Positions 45,840 to 54,701 of a stretch of 63,767 nucleotides of DNA are shown one piece after another (the stretch's first letter is position 1; each line of letters starts with the position of its first letter). Source of the stretch: a virus (lineage: Duplodnaviria; Caudoviricetes); IMG/VR virus record IMGVR_UViG_3300005713_000005, positions 1-63,767 of that record, one strand, 5' to 3'. A model generated the notes under the pieces. That model ran no database searches and was not told the DNA's origin. It saw nothing but the letters and a program-made list of their open reading frames with translations. The translations under genes and the position numbers were made by a program.

Positions 45840-46369
45840 CAGTGCCTCGTGTCTGACTCTTCGACGATCGTCACGTTTGTGTCGGCGTTGAACGTCATCT
45901 GCGTCTCGGAGCAGCTTCGGTTCTCGCGATCATCCGCAGCAGCCAAGTGCGGCGAATATTCCCGATTGAGGCTTACATACATCGCACCGCCAAACGTGTC
46001 AGTCCATATCGTGTCGATCGGCTCGAAGTCCGAGCCGTCGAATACAGCGCGGCCGGTGCGGTACTTCGCGACGACACTTTCGACCTGGTCAGCCGTCGGA
46101 CCGTCAGTCCAACGCACATTGATCGCGTCATGCACCTCCGATTCGATCGGCGTCATCCAGAAAGTGATTTCCGGGAATACCTTCGCGAGCTCATACGACA
46201 GATTGATCGTCGCGCAGACCAGCGCATTCATGGCCCCGACCACGACCATTTCCGGGTAGCGAGCCCTGAGCACCAGCCGACCGGACCAGCCAGCAATGCG
46301 GCGGTCGAATGGCTCTTTGTAGGGATTGAATGCACTCACGGCTGACCTTGGAAGCTTTGCAGTCGTCAA
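45839..46369 (-). CDS. LPD29-like domain protein
   Basis: FPEITF...INVRWTDGPTADQVESVVAKY...FDG...FGGAMYVSLNR. Confidence 0.65.
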   Translation of the reverse strand: MTTAKLPRSAVSAFNPYKEPFDRRIAGWSGRLVLRARYPEMVVVGAMNALVCATINLSYELAKVFPEITFWMTPIESEVHDAINVRWTDGPTADQVESVVAKYRTGRAVFDGSDFEPIDTIWTDTFGGAMYVSLNREYSPHLAAADDRENRSCSETQMTFNADTNVTIVEESDTRH

Positions 46370-46388
46370 TCGGCTTACGTTGGTCGAT

Positions 46389-46418
46389 AGCCTAATATCT
46401 GATTTCTGCTGTTGTCAA
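46389..46418 (-). promoter_or_regulatory. leftward early promoter TTGACA-18-TAGGCT
   Basis: Consensus -35 in the divergent AT-rich gap. Confidence 0.6.
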
Positions 46419-46442
46419 TAGTACCCTCACCAAATGTGAGCA

Positions 46443-46471
46443 TTGCCTTGCAACAGAATCGCTTTTATGAT
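46443..46471 (+). promoter_or_regulatory. rightward promoter TTGCCT-17-TATGAT
   Basis: 17-nt spacer; predicted +1 is close to ATG 46479. Confidence 0.6.
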
Positions 46472-46478
46472 GCCGATC

Positions 46479-46718
46479 ATGAACCTATTGCAAACCACTC
46501 TGCGCCTGCTCAAAGAGACGGGCTACAAATTGCCCTATATCTCGAAGGCCACCGGCATCACGATCCCGTGGCTCGCATCGTTCAAACGACAGAACTGCAA
46601 AGAATATGGCGTGAAAAAAGTGCAGGCCCTGCATGACTTCCTGGCTCACGGCATCCGCGCGCAGAAGGACCAGCCCGCGCAAGAAACACCGCAGGAAACA
46701 GCCTCAGCCTCGCAATAG
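46479..46718 (+). CDS. Cro-like HTH protein (probably leaderless)
   Basis: LPYISKATGITIPWL...YGVKKVQALHDFL. Confidence 0.65.
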   Translation: MNLLQTTLRLLKETGYKLPYISKATGITIPWLASFKRQNCKEYGVKKVQALHDFLAHGIRAQKDQPAQETPQETASASQ

Positions 46719-46743
46719 TTGACCACTCAAGAGCGCGCCAACA

Positions 46744-46986
46744 ATGACCACCGACAATGCGCGTGGCTCTCTATCTCCTCGCGAGATCGAAGTGCTACAA
46801 CTACTTTGCGCCGGCCGAACGCATGCTGAGATCGCAATCGCGCTTTCCATCAGCTCGCGCACCGTCGACTCACACCGCACGCACCTTACCGAAAAGTCAG
46901 GCTGCGAAAACGGCATAGCTCTCGGCGCATGGGCTGAGCGACACGGATACCTGCGGGGCGTGCATGTCGGCGTCGGTGATATGTGA
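46744..46986 (+). CDS. stand-alone LuxR/GerE HTH
   Basis: LSPREIEVLQLLCAG...EIAIALSISSRTVDSHRTHL. Confidence 0.88.
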   Translation: MTTDNARGSLSPREIEVLQLLCAGRTHAEIAIALSISSRTVDSHRTHLTEKSGCENGIALGAWAERHGYLRGVHVGVGDM

Positions 46987-47270
46987 TGGCAATGAAAGCG
47001 GGAGTTCCTGGCGCGCTCCGTCGTCTCGTAATGCGAGAGGGCGGTTATCGGTGCTGTGACTGCGGGATCGTTGGTTACGAGAAGCGATTTCCGAAAGGGA
47101 ATGGCTATGGCTTTTACACCTCAATCCCCGAGGTCTATTTGAGCATTGACCACATCATTCCCCGATCCAAGGGCGGTTCCAATGAGCGCGCCAATCTTAG
47201 AATCCTCTGCACGGTCTGCAACACTCGAAAGGGTGTTCGCCTATTGCCCGAGCTTCAAGGTGCCGCATGA
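46983..47270 (+). CDS. HNH endonuclease
   Basis: CCDCG...SIDHIIPRSKGGSN...NLRILCTVCNTRKG. Confidence 0.9.
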   Translation: MMAMKAGVPGALRRLVMREGGYRCCDCGIVGYEKRFPKGNGYGFYTSIPEVYLSIDHIIPRSKGGSNERANLRILCTVCNTRKGVRLLPELQGAA

Positions 47271-48220
47271 GGGCGCGAAGTCTGAAGCCGGGCTTCTTCA
47301 AGAACGAGATTCTCGGCAGAGCCGATCCGTTGATCGGCATCCTTTACCAGGGACTCTGGTGCTCCGCCGATCGAGATGGCCGATTGGAGGACAGGCCGCT
47401 CAGACTGTGCGCCGAGGTGTTCCCATACCGTCGAGCCGTCACCGAGAAGCGCGTTCAGCAATGGTTAGAGTGGCTGTGCGAGCAGCGCTTCATTGAACGA
47501 TATGAGGTCGCTGGTCAGCGCTACATACAGATCTTGGCATTCGGTCGGCATCAGCGCCCTCACGTAAATGAGGTGCCCTCTACAATTCCGGCACTTACAT
47601 CACATTCGGCACAACCTTTGGACGACCAAGGTTCACCTCAGAGGAACACCTTGGAGGGGTCCAAGGTAGCAAGCACTTCGCAAAATGGTAGCAAGCACTT
47701 CGCTCTGACTCCGGACTCCGGACTCCTGACTCCCTCTTCTCTGACTCCTGACTCCATAAAGAACCCGAGCACCGCTGGTGCTCCGTTGGGTGACCTGAAC
47801 GGGAACGGCGAGTTGCATCTCGACATGGAAAGCCCACCGGCACCTGATCCGAAGGCCGAGCGACGAGCCATCGCCGATCGCGTCTTTGAGCACTGGAAGA
47901 CCACTCACGAACATCCTCGTGCGAACGCCGACGACAAGCGCCGCAAGTTGATCTTCCATGCGCTCGACTTGGGCTACACCGAGGCCGATCTCTGCCAGGC
48001 GATCACGGGATACCTCAACTCCCCGCATCACATGGGCGAGAACGATCGCAACACGAAATACGACAGCATGGAGTTGATGCTTCGGGACTCGAAGCACATC
48101 GACCAGGGATTGAGGTTTTACGCCGATCCTCCCCGCACTGACCGAAGCAAGCTGATGCGACGAAACATTGCCGCGACTGGCGGATGGGTGCCACCGGAGA
48201 TGCGAAATGCAGGCAAGTGA
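47267..48220 (+). CDS. replication initiator
   Basis: RARSLKPGFFKNE...GLWCSADRDGRLEDRP; internal iterons; VFEHWK C-terminal domain. Confidence 0.8.
   Translation: MRARSLKPGFFKNEILGRADPLIGILYQGLWCSADRDGRLEDRPLRLCAEVFPYRRAVTEKRVQQWLEWLCEQRFIERYEVAGQRYIQILAFGRHQRPHVNEVPSTIPALTSHSAQPLDDQGSPQRNTLEGSKVASTSQNGSKHFALTPDSGLLTPSSLTPDSIKNPSTAGAPLGDLNGNGELHLDMESPPAPDPKAERRAIADRVFEHWKTTHEHPRANADDKRRKLIFHALDLGYTEADLCQAITGYLNSPHHMGENDRNTKYDSMELMLRDSKHIDQGLRFYADPPRTDRSKLMRRNIAATGGWVPPEMRNAGK
47613..47755. repeat. putative replication origin: palindromes, 2x17-bp iterons and 7-bp repeats
   Basis: ACCTTGGA-GGGG-TCCAAGGT; GGTAGCAAGCACTTCGC at 47665 and 47687; GACTCC(G/T) tandem repeats. Confidence 0.7.
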
Positions 48221-48995
48221 TTTCAAGCGGTTTAACGCCGTTATGACCGGCATGGCCGAGATGTTCAATCGCGAAACATCCGATGCGCTGTTCGACGCGT
48301 ACTGGCTCGCGCTTCGCGATTGGTCGTTGCAGGACTTCGAGCGCGCGGCCGGGCATTTGCTCCAGCACGCGAAGTTCATGCCGCGCCCGGTGGACTTCAC
48401 CGAGCTGCGAAAAGCCGGCGAGCCCACCGCTGGCGAGGCGTGGGAGGTGGTGATGGCTGGTTGCCAGACTTACGGCGCAGCGTCGCGACCTGGTCCCGAG
48501 ACTCGAGTCGGTCGCGCGGTGGCTGCTGTTGGCGGCTGGGATGCGATCCGTCGTGCGGACGTGGAGACTTCGTTGCCGCACATCCAACGACGGTTCCTGG
48601 ATCACTACGAGGAACTCTCTGACGTGGATCCGGTGCGCGAGCAGTTACCGCACATCGCTGCGAAGGGCGAGCTCGCAGCGCTTCGGGATCCGCGGAAAGG
48701 TATGCAGGCGCTGACTGTTGCGGCTTCACCGGTTGCGAATCTGCTTGGAGATGCGCCGAAACATGCCGAGGTGATTCTGTGTCCTGATGAGCGCAAGACG
48801 GTGGCTGTTCAGGACCGGTTGCCTCTGCCCGGCGCATCGGAGCCGCGACCGGCGATCAAACCTGTCGACGACAGTGAAGATCGAAAGCGCGAGAAGGTGC
48901 AGCGGTTGCAGGCGCTGGGCACGCTGGACGACGAGACGATCGCGAAGGCTGCTGGCGTGTCGCTCGAGTTCGTGCGCGCGCAGGTGGCGGCGTGA
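48207..48995 (+). CDS. replication protein (helicase loader/inhibitor-like, DUF6475-like)
   Basis: YWLALRD...KFMPRPVD...AGEAW...AVAAVGGW; follows the initiator. Confidence 0.65.
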   Translation: MQASDFKRFNAVMTGMAEMFNRETSDALFDAYWLALRDWSLQDFERAAGHLLQHAKFMPRPVDFTELRKAGEPTAGEAWEVVMAGCQTYGAASRPGPETRVGRAVAAVGGWDAIRRADVETSLPHIQRRFLDHYEELSDVDPVREQLPHIAAKGELAALRDPRKGMQALTVAASPVANLLGDAPKHAEVILCPDERKTVAVQDRLPLPGASEPRPAIKPVDDSEDRKREKVQRLQALGTLDDETIAKAAGVSLEFVRAQVAA

Positions 48996-49255
48996 ACCGT
49001 CGTGTTTTTCTGCAACTCCTGAGCGCAGCGACGGCCGCGGTGCCGATCTTATCGCTCGATACTCAACTGAATCACGATGTTGTCGTTGAGGAGTTTTGCA
49101 TTGAGCAGATAAATTTCGATTTCTATTCCTCAATCGCAGAGGTAGTTGCGTTTTCTGAGTCGCGTCGACGTATCGAATTCAGAGTCACAGAGTTGCAATC
49201 GGTCGAGAGGCATCTGCGAGTTGGAGTAAAGTTTCGTATGCAGGTCGCCGCATGA
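48992..49255 (+). CDS. hypothetical protein with twin-arginine-like leader
   Basis: NRRVFLQLLSAATAAVP. Confidence 0.5.
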   Translation: MNRRVFLQLLSAATAAVPILSLDTQLNHDVVVEEFCIEQINFDFYSSIAEVVAFSESRRRIEFRVTELQSVERHLRVGVKFRMQVAA

Positions 49256-49379
49256 GCCGCTTCGTTTCCCGCTGGTCTCGTCCGATCCGTCGTCGCGGCA
49301 TGTCGCAGTCGCACTTCCGCAAGTGTCGAAAACTCTGGTTGCGATCTGGCGGTGGGTTTGCGCCGTTGTGGGAGGGTGC

Positions 49380-49706
49380 ATGAGTAACACCGCTGAAAAA
49401 CTTCAACTGCTGATTCGAAACTGCCGCGCGGGCGTGACTCTGAGAGTGAACAACCACCGCAGCATTTGCCAGACTGCCGCGCGGGCTCTCGACGAGCAAA
49501 AAGATTGGCTATGTCCACCTGAGATCGAAGACAGCGTGCGCGCGAAGATGATCGAAACAAACACGATCATAGAGATCCACTTCTATCCGCGCGGCTCCGT
49601 CTCGTTCTACGAGATTTTTCACCACGATCTTGACACACTGCTTGATGAGGCGATCGCATGCCTGCGTGAAGACTTCGCCAGCCATCCTAAGATTGAAATC
49701 GTATGA
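49380..49706 (+). CDS. hypothetical protein
   Basis: GGAGG RBS. Confidence 0.6.
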   Translation: MSNTAEKLQLLIRNCRAGVTLRVNNHRSICQTAARALDEQKDWLCPPEIEDSVRAKMIETNTIIEIHFYPRGSVSFYEIFHHDLDTLLDEAIACLREDFASHPKIEIV

Positions 49707-49912
49707 CCCAGCAATTCGACCTGATGCCGCGCGAGTTGGTCGACGCGATGATCGACGGTGCAGAGGCGAAGTTGCCGAAGGCGCGCGAGGTCGTGCATCC
49801 GCGCATGCCGCTCGCAGATGCAATTCGCGATCGGCTCGGCAACACGTCAGGCACATGCAGCTTCTGCGGTCTATGGCCGTGCTGCTGCACGACCGGCACG
49901 AAGGAGGCCTAG
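49703..49912 (+). CDS. hypothetical protein
   Basis: Coupled ORF; Cys-rich end. Confidence 0.45.
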   Translation: MTQQFDLMPRELVDAMIDGAEAKLPKAREVVHPRMPLADAIRDRLGNTSGTCSFCGLWPCCCTTGTKEA

Positions 49913-49914
49913 CC

Positions 49915-50139
49915 ATGAAGCCCGGCGTCTACTGGTACTTCGGGCCACCGCCAAGCCATATCGGCTGGTGGAAAACCCGCACCGATTGGCAGTTGGTTGA
50001 AATCTATGACGACGGATGCGCATGCGTACCGGATCGTGAAGGCTTTTATGACTCATATTTGCTTTCGTCAAATGACGTCGAACGCATGCAGCGCGAGGGC
50101 AAGTTCGTCGAGATCTCGAAGCCGGAGAAGCCGCAATGA
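49915..50139 (+). CDS. hypothetical protein (PGVYW domain)
   Basis: AAGGAGG RBS; resembles the C-terminus of 50333-50776. Confidence 0.6.
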   Translation: MKPGVYWYFGPPPSHIGWWKTRTDWQLVEIYDDGCACVPDREGFYDSYLLSSNDVERMQREGKFVEISKPEKPQ

Positions 50140-50336
50140 CGGTTGCAACTCACCAGATTGGGAAAGAGATCTGCGACGCTCTTGGCCTTGATGGAAGCCT
50201 CGTGCAGAGCATGATGATCAGCTTCGTCTCTGGCGATGTCGTCAGGATCGAGGCGAACATTCATCCAACACGAGATCAGATCTTGAAGGTTGCCGCCGTG
50301 CTCAAGCGCTACGAGTTGAAAGAGAAAACGCAATGA
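50136..50336 (+). CDS. hypothetical protein
   Basis: Coupled ORF. Confidence 0.55.
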   Translation: MTVATHQIGKEICDALGLDGSLVQSMMISFVSGDVVRIEANIHPTRDQILKVAAVLKRYELKEKTQ

Positions 50337-50776
50337 TCCGAGCAATCTGGAATTGGTTTCGAAGTGATCCAGGGCCAGCGACTCAGTGCGCACCTGCAGA
50401 GCCTTGTCCTCACGGCAGCACATACGGTCCATGCAAGATCTGCCCGCCGTGGAGACTGGTGGCCCCTGATCCGCCGCGTGTCGAAATCAAAGCTGACGCA
50501 AGCCAGTTCACTGAGGCAACTCGCCGAGTCGATGAGCAGCTGAGAGTGCTCGGTACCTTCGACTCCAACAAACTGCACGCGACACCGCAGCCGGGCGTGT
50601 ATTGGTTCAAGCACGATGAAGGCCATTCGCTCTGGCAGGCTGTCGAGATTTTCGAGATGGAGCGTGGTGGCCTTTTGCTCTGCTCTACGGCGGGCGATCG
50701 TGGAGTTTCAGGCGCAGATCTTGAAGCCAGATGGCGCACCGGCCGCTTCGTCCGAATCGAGGAGCCGAAGTCGTGA
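50333..50776 (+). CDS. hypothetical protein (PGVYW domain)
   Basis: Coupled ORF. Confidence 0.55.
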   Translation: MIRAIWNWFRSDPGPATQCAPAEPCPHGSTYGPCKICPPWRLVAPDPPRVEIKADASQFTEATRRVDEQLRVLGTFDSNKLHATPQPGVYWFKHDEGHSLWQAVEIFEMERGGLLLCSTAGDRGVSGADLEARWRTGRFVRIEEPKS

Positions 50777-51048
50777 GCAAGCAGCTTCAGCGCATCGAAT
50801 ATCTTATCGGCCAATTTCGGAAAGTTCCGTACGACCGATTCCGGGGCTGCACCATCTGGCTCAAGAGCGATGAGATCGGCGACGTGATTGGAATGCTCGA
50901 AGACTTGGAGAAGCTGGAGCAACTTCGTCCACTGCTCAACAAGCTGGTCAGCACACAGACTGGCAACCGGGCAACGGTGTCTCTGGAAACAGAGGACGAA
51001 ATGACCCACCTGTTGGAATTCTTGGGCGAGCGTGGCACGTCGAAGTAA
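50773..51048 (+). CDS. hypothetical protein
   Basis: GAGGAG RBS; GTG start. Confidence 0.5.
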   Translation: MSKQLQRIEYLIGQFRKVPYDRFRGCTIWLKSDEIGDVIGMLEDLEKLEQLRPLLNKLVSTQTGNRATVSLETEDEMTHLLEFLGERGTSK

Positions 51049-51076
51049 CAGATTTTTTCACAACGAAGGGGAAACA

Positions 51077-51880
51077 ATGGAACCGTCATTCGCAATCGAA
51101 GAAACCATCTGCAAGATGGGAAAGATCTCCATCAATTTGGAAAAAAATGGTCCAAACGATGAGGTTATAGTTTTCTGTATTCCAATCACCGGCGCGCTGC
51201 TGCCTGCGGCTATGGCTGCTGAAGATCCTGCGAATCTGATCGCAGGCGATCCATACTTCACCCGATCAATACTCAACGACAACAAGGGATTCGTTGAGCC
51301 CATGAAATGGTTGCGTGCACCGATTTCATTTCCAGAGAAATACGAAGGCGCTCGAGTTTCGATCAAATTTCCAAGCGATGAGGTGGTCGACTTCGAAGGA
51401 TCACGCGTTGGAGATATCGAATTGAGCGGAGTTCCTGGCAGTCTGACTCGTGTCGACTTCCAGATCCAAATCAAGCCGGAACTTGATCGCGTTAACTTGC
51501 TGCTCCAGGAGTACCAGGATCACAAGATTCGCATAACGGTGCTCGACGCGAAGATCGCAAGGAAGAAGACCAAGGGTCAGCAGCAACTGCCGCTCACGCA
51601 GTCGACCGAGGAAAAGGAACTCTCGCGATCGACGCCTGAAGAACTCGCAGCGGCCGAACAGCGCAGTGAACTCAGCGACGAACTCGACAGGCAGTTCCGC
51701 GAGGCCGACGCCAATCGCCAGTACGACGAGGCTGCACGCGGGCTGGAGGGAAAATCGCGAGCCGACATGACCGACGAGCAGTGGGAAGAATTCACCGACC
51801 GCGAACACGCTGAGAACATTGACGGCGAATCGGACGGCACCGACGACAGCCAGGACGATGGCGCGGGGGATGAGGAGTGA
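51077..51880 (+). CDS. hypothetical protein with acidic C-terminal tail
   Basis: CGAAGGGGAA RBS; Asp/Glu-rich tail. Confidence 0.65.
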   Translation: MEPSFAIEETICKMGKISINLEKNGPNDEVIVFCIPITGALLPAAMAAEDPANLIAGDPYFTRSILNDNKGFVEPMKWLRAPISFPEKYEGARVSIKFPSDEVVDFEGSRVGDIELSGVPGSLTRVDFQIQIKPELDRVNLLLQEYQDHKIRITVLDAKIARKKTKGQQQLPLTQSTEEKELSRSTPEELAAAEQRSELSDELDRQFREADANRQYDEAARGLEGKSRADMTDEQWEEFTDREHAENIDGESDGTDDSQDDGAGDEE

Positions 51881-52149
51881 GCGAACCATTGATAACTACC
51901 ACTCCAGTGATGGTCACAATCCCGCTTGAAGGATGCGATTCAGAATCGCGTGCAATCAGTGCGGCGATTTATTTGCTCGAAAAAACACAGTTCGACATCG
52001 GCAAGACGCTCACATCTGACCAACGAGCACGGATTGCTGATTACCTGTGCGAACGATTCCATCGGCAAGTCCTGGAAGAGATTCCGTTGAACGACGTCGA
52101 AGGATTGGCAGCGGCTACAGTCGAATGGGGCAAAGGCAGGAAACAGTGA
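51877..52149 (+). CDS. hypothetical protein
   Basis: Coupled ORF. Confidence 0.5.
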   Translation: MSEPLITTTPVMVTIPLEGCDSESRAISAAIYLLEKTQFDIGKTLTSDQRARIADYLCERFHRQVLEEIPLNDVEGLAAATVEWGKGRKQ

Positions 52150-52781
52150 CCCGCCGCAACTCTCCAAGCATTGGACAACTCGGCGGCAGAGCGGCGGCAC
52201 GGGCGCGCACTCTGCTGACCGATGAATTTGGATTGCCTGAACCGACTCGCACGCCGCCGATGCCGAAGGTGACGCCGCCCGCTCAACCGAAGCAGGCGGC
52301 AATGCTGGGCATGGAGACGAGCGCGGCGGTCTCAATGGTCGCCGCACTCCAGCGCGACAAGCAGAAGCGAGCCGAGAAGAACGCGAAGCCTGAGGAGGAC
52401 TTTGCGGCTTACATCCAGCGCTACAAGTTGCCGACTGCCGTTCGCGGCCACAAGTTCGCTGTCGAAGAACTCGGCCGCAAGTGGGCGTTCGATTTTGCCT
52501 TCATGCAGTTCATGACCGCGGTGGAGATCGAAGGCCTCAACGTGCAGCGAGTTCACATCGCAACGATGGGACCAGCCGGCAACGTCATCAAAACGACGCC
52601 GACGCTCATCTGTCGCGGTCGTCATGCAAGCGTCGAAGGCTTCTCGGAAGACTGCATCAAATATGCTGCTGCCGCCCGGCTCGGTTGGACCGTGATCCGC
52701 TTCACAACGAAACAAGTGGCCGATCAAACGGCCATCAACGAAACCATGCGCGTGCTCCACGCGAAAGGCTGGCGGAGATGA
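52146..52781 (+). CDS. Vsr/DUF559-like endonuclease
   Basis: RKWAFDFA...AVEIEG...GRH...DCIKY...GWTVIRFT. Confidence 0.8.
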   Translation: MTRRNSPSIGQLGGRAAARARTLLTDEFGLPEPTRTPPMPKVTPPAQPKQAAMLGMETSAAVSMVAALQRDKQKRAEKNAKPEEDFAAYIQRYKLPTAVRGHKFAVEELGRKWAFDFAFMQFMTAVEIEGLNVQRVHIATMGPAGNVIKTTPTLICRGRHASVEGFSEDCIKYAAAARLGWTVIRFTTKQVADQTAINETMRVLHAKGWRR

Positions 52782-53218
52782 CTACTCCACGAAAAATAAC
52801 AATCCGGCAACGTGAGCCGAAGATCTTCATCACGCACGATGGCCAGACAAAGTCGATTCGTGCATGGGCTGCACAGACTGGACTGAACTGGCACACCATC
52901 ATGGAGCGCTACCGAAAAGGGTGGCAGGGCGAAAAGCTCTTTGGACCGGTCAATTCGCCGAATGGCGGCAAGCGCCACGATGGAGCACACCGAAAGCAGA
53001 TCAAGAACCCGAAGCTCGAGGCAATCAAAGTCGCGCGTAAACAGATTGCCACAGACGCAACTGAGCGAGCGTCCCGTGCTTTGACCGCCGAACTTTCCCG
53101 GCCACTGATCTCGAAGTCACTACTCACGAATGACGAGCGCCAGGAGATCAGAGATCGCGTGAAGTATTCCGGTCAGATCACATGGCGCGAGAATGGCCCG
53201 TCCGGAGTGTTCCGCTGA
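52778..53218 (+). CDS. putative DNA-binding protein
   Basis: ITHDGQTKSIRAWAAQTGLNWHTIMERYRKGW, an HNH-associated HTH-like motif. Confidence 0.6.
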   Translation: MTTPRKITIRQREPKIFITHDGQTKSIRAWAAQTGLNWHTIMERYRKGWQGEKLFGPVNSPNGGKRHDGAHRKQIKNPKLEAIKVARKQIATDATERASRALTAELSRPLISKSLLTNDERQEIRDRVKYSGQITWRENGPSGVFR

Positions 53219-53463
53219 TGTGGCTCGTCAGAATCATCGACGGGAAACCTTCGCCAGCGATCAGAATGGACGACAGTTCGAAGCCGCATGCATGGCGCAC
53301 TCAAAACGGTGCGGCAGCCATTTCTCAATCACCCGAAGGCGCACTCAGCAGCGCAAGGAACGCACTCGACAGGCCAAAGGATATCCCGGTACCCGACGAT
53401 CCAGAGCGCGCGCACAGAATCAGAGAACTCGCCGAATATCTCAAACAGGCGGTGAAGTCATGA
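53218..53463 (+). CDS. hypothetical protein
   Basis: Coupled ORF. Confidence 0.45.
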   Translation: MWLVRIIDGKPSPAIRMDDSSKPHAWRTQNGAAAISQSPEGALSSARNALDRPKDIPVPDDPERAHRIRELAEYLKQAVKS

Positions 53464-54275
53464 ATCCATCTGAGGCGTGGGCGCTACTCACGTTGCGCTC
53501 GAAGAGTTTCGACCGATCATCGGGTGCTCACGGATCACTGACATCTGGAGATGTGGCTGCGTTACTTGGTGGCCTGGATCGTGAGCCTTTCCTGATGGGC
53601 ATGGCGGCCGAGCTTGCCGATATGAGATCTCTTCGAGAGGTCGAGTTGAATCTCTGGGCACGGGCTGGTCATATGGCAAGAAAGGAAAACTGGAAGCTGA
53701 TCGGCGGCGAGATGACTGTGCGGCGCCTATCCGCCGTTGCTCTGTATGAGGCCATCGACGATCTCATGTGTTACGAATGCAACGGTACGAAGCAGATGGT
53801 TTTCGCTATCGCTGAGCATCCCGGATTGGCAATGGCACGCTCGTATCGAGCGATCAATCCGCAGTCCTGTGCTGTCGAATGCATTGCATGCGAGGGCGAA
53901 GGCCGGATAGTGCTCACAGGTCGACGCAAAGCTGCGCTCGCCAGTCTGAACAAAGACACCTGGACGCGCTTCTGGTCGGGGCGATATGAGCGTATCTTCG
54001 AAATCGCGCATGGCTGGCGCGAGACGGCGGGCAGGTATCTTGCGAATCGGCTCAAGGATGAGCAGGTAGACACCGAAGGCCTGTCGGCTCAAATCCGAGC
54101 GTATGAGCAGCGTGAAGAAAACATCAATAAAATCAGCGACTCTTGCGCATTGCCGAAATTGCATGGTAAAAACTCGCCCCGAGAGGTCACGTCTGAAGGA
54201 AATTCAGGCGTCACCGAGGTCGATTTCCGGGCCATGAAGCGCACGAAACTGCGGCTCCCGGAAGCGGCCGAGTAA
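53460..54275 (+). CDS. late antiterminator Q-like protein
   Basis: LTSGDVAALLG, CYECNG and CIACEGEG Zn fingers, W...YE; last early gene. Confidence 0.7.
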   Translation: MNPSEAWALLTLRSKSFDRSSGAHGSLTSGDVAALLGGLDREPFLMGMAAELADMRSLREVELNLWARAGHMARKENWKLIGGEMTVRRLSAVALYEAIDDLMCYECNGTKQMVFAIAEHPGLAMARSYRAINPQSCAVECIACEGEGRIVLTGRRKAALASLNKDTWTRFWSGRYERIFEIAHGWRETAGRYLANRLKDEQVDTEGLSAQIRAYEQREENINKISDSCALPKLHGKNSPREVTSEGNSGVTEVDFRAMKRTKLRLPEAAE

Positions 54276-54279
54276 TTGG

Positions 54280-54685
54280 ATACCCCACGAAAGGGCGGGG
54301 AGTGTTGATAGGTCCGGTGTGCTGGGGGCAGTGGCGACAGTGAGCCCTCCGAGATCAGGCCGCTACGACGTAAACCATCCGGAGAGCCGGTAAATCGTCG
54401 AGCCGAAGCATTAGTGTCGTCGACCTTGAAACTGAGCGACAAACCGCCCGCATAGAGAGCCCGCAAGGGCAATGCCCGCCCCGGGGAGGTGCTCCTCCTC
54501 GGGGATGGGCTGGAATGTTTTCCGGCTGCGAATGCCTGCTGTGACTACATCGGTTTTGTGTGTCACGGCGAATTCTTGTCTCAGCCATTCCGTTTGCGAG
54601 CTTGGCCGTACACCGAATCCCCTTCGGCGGCTGACCCGCATCGCCGGTCGCCTCTCTCGTCTCGCTCCGAGAGGGGCGCCGGCAC
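54280..54685 (+). ncRNA. candidate highly structured late leader RNA
   Basis: Many consecutive hairpins, e.g. GCCC-GCAA-GGGC, GCTGTGAC/GTCACGGC, GCCGGTCGCCTCTCTCG/CGAGAGGGGCGCCGGC. Confidence 0.45.
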
Positions 54686-54701
54686 CTACCTTGGAGGTTT
54701 C

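Noticed and set aside
54143-54172. Possible late promoter TTGCGC-18-TAAAAA inside the Q-like gene
   Set aside because: Weak match; not supportable without TSS data
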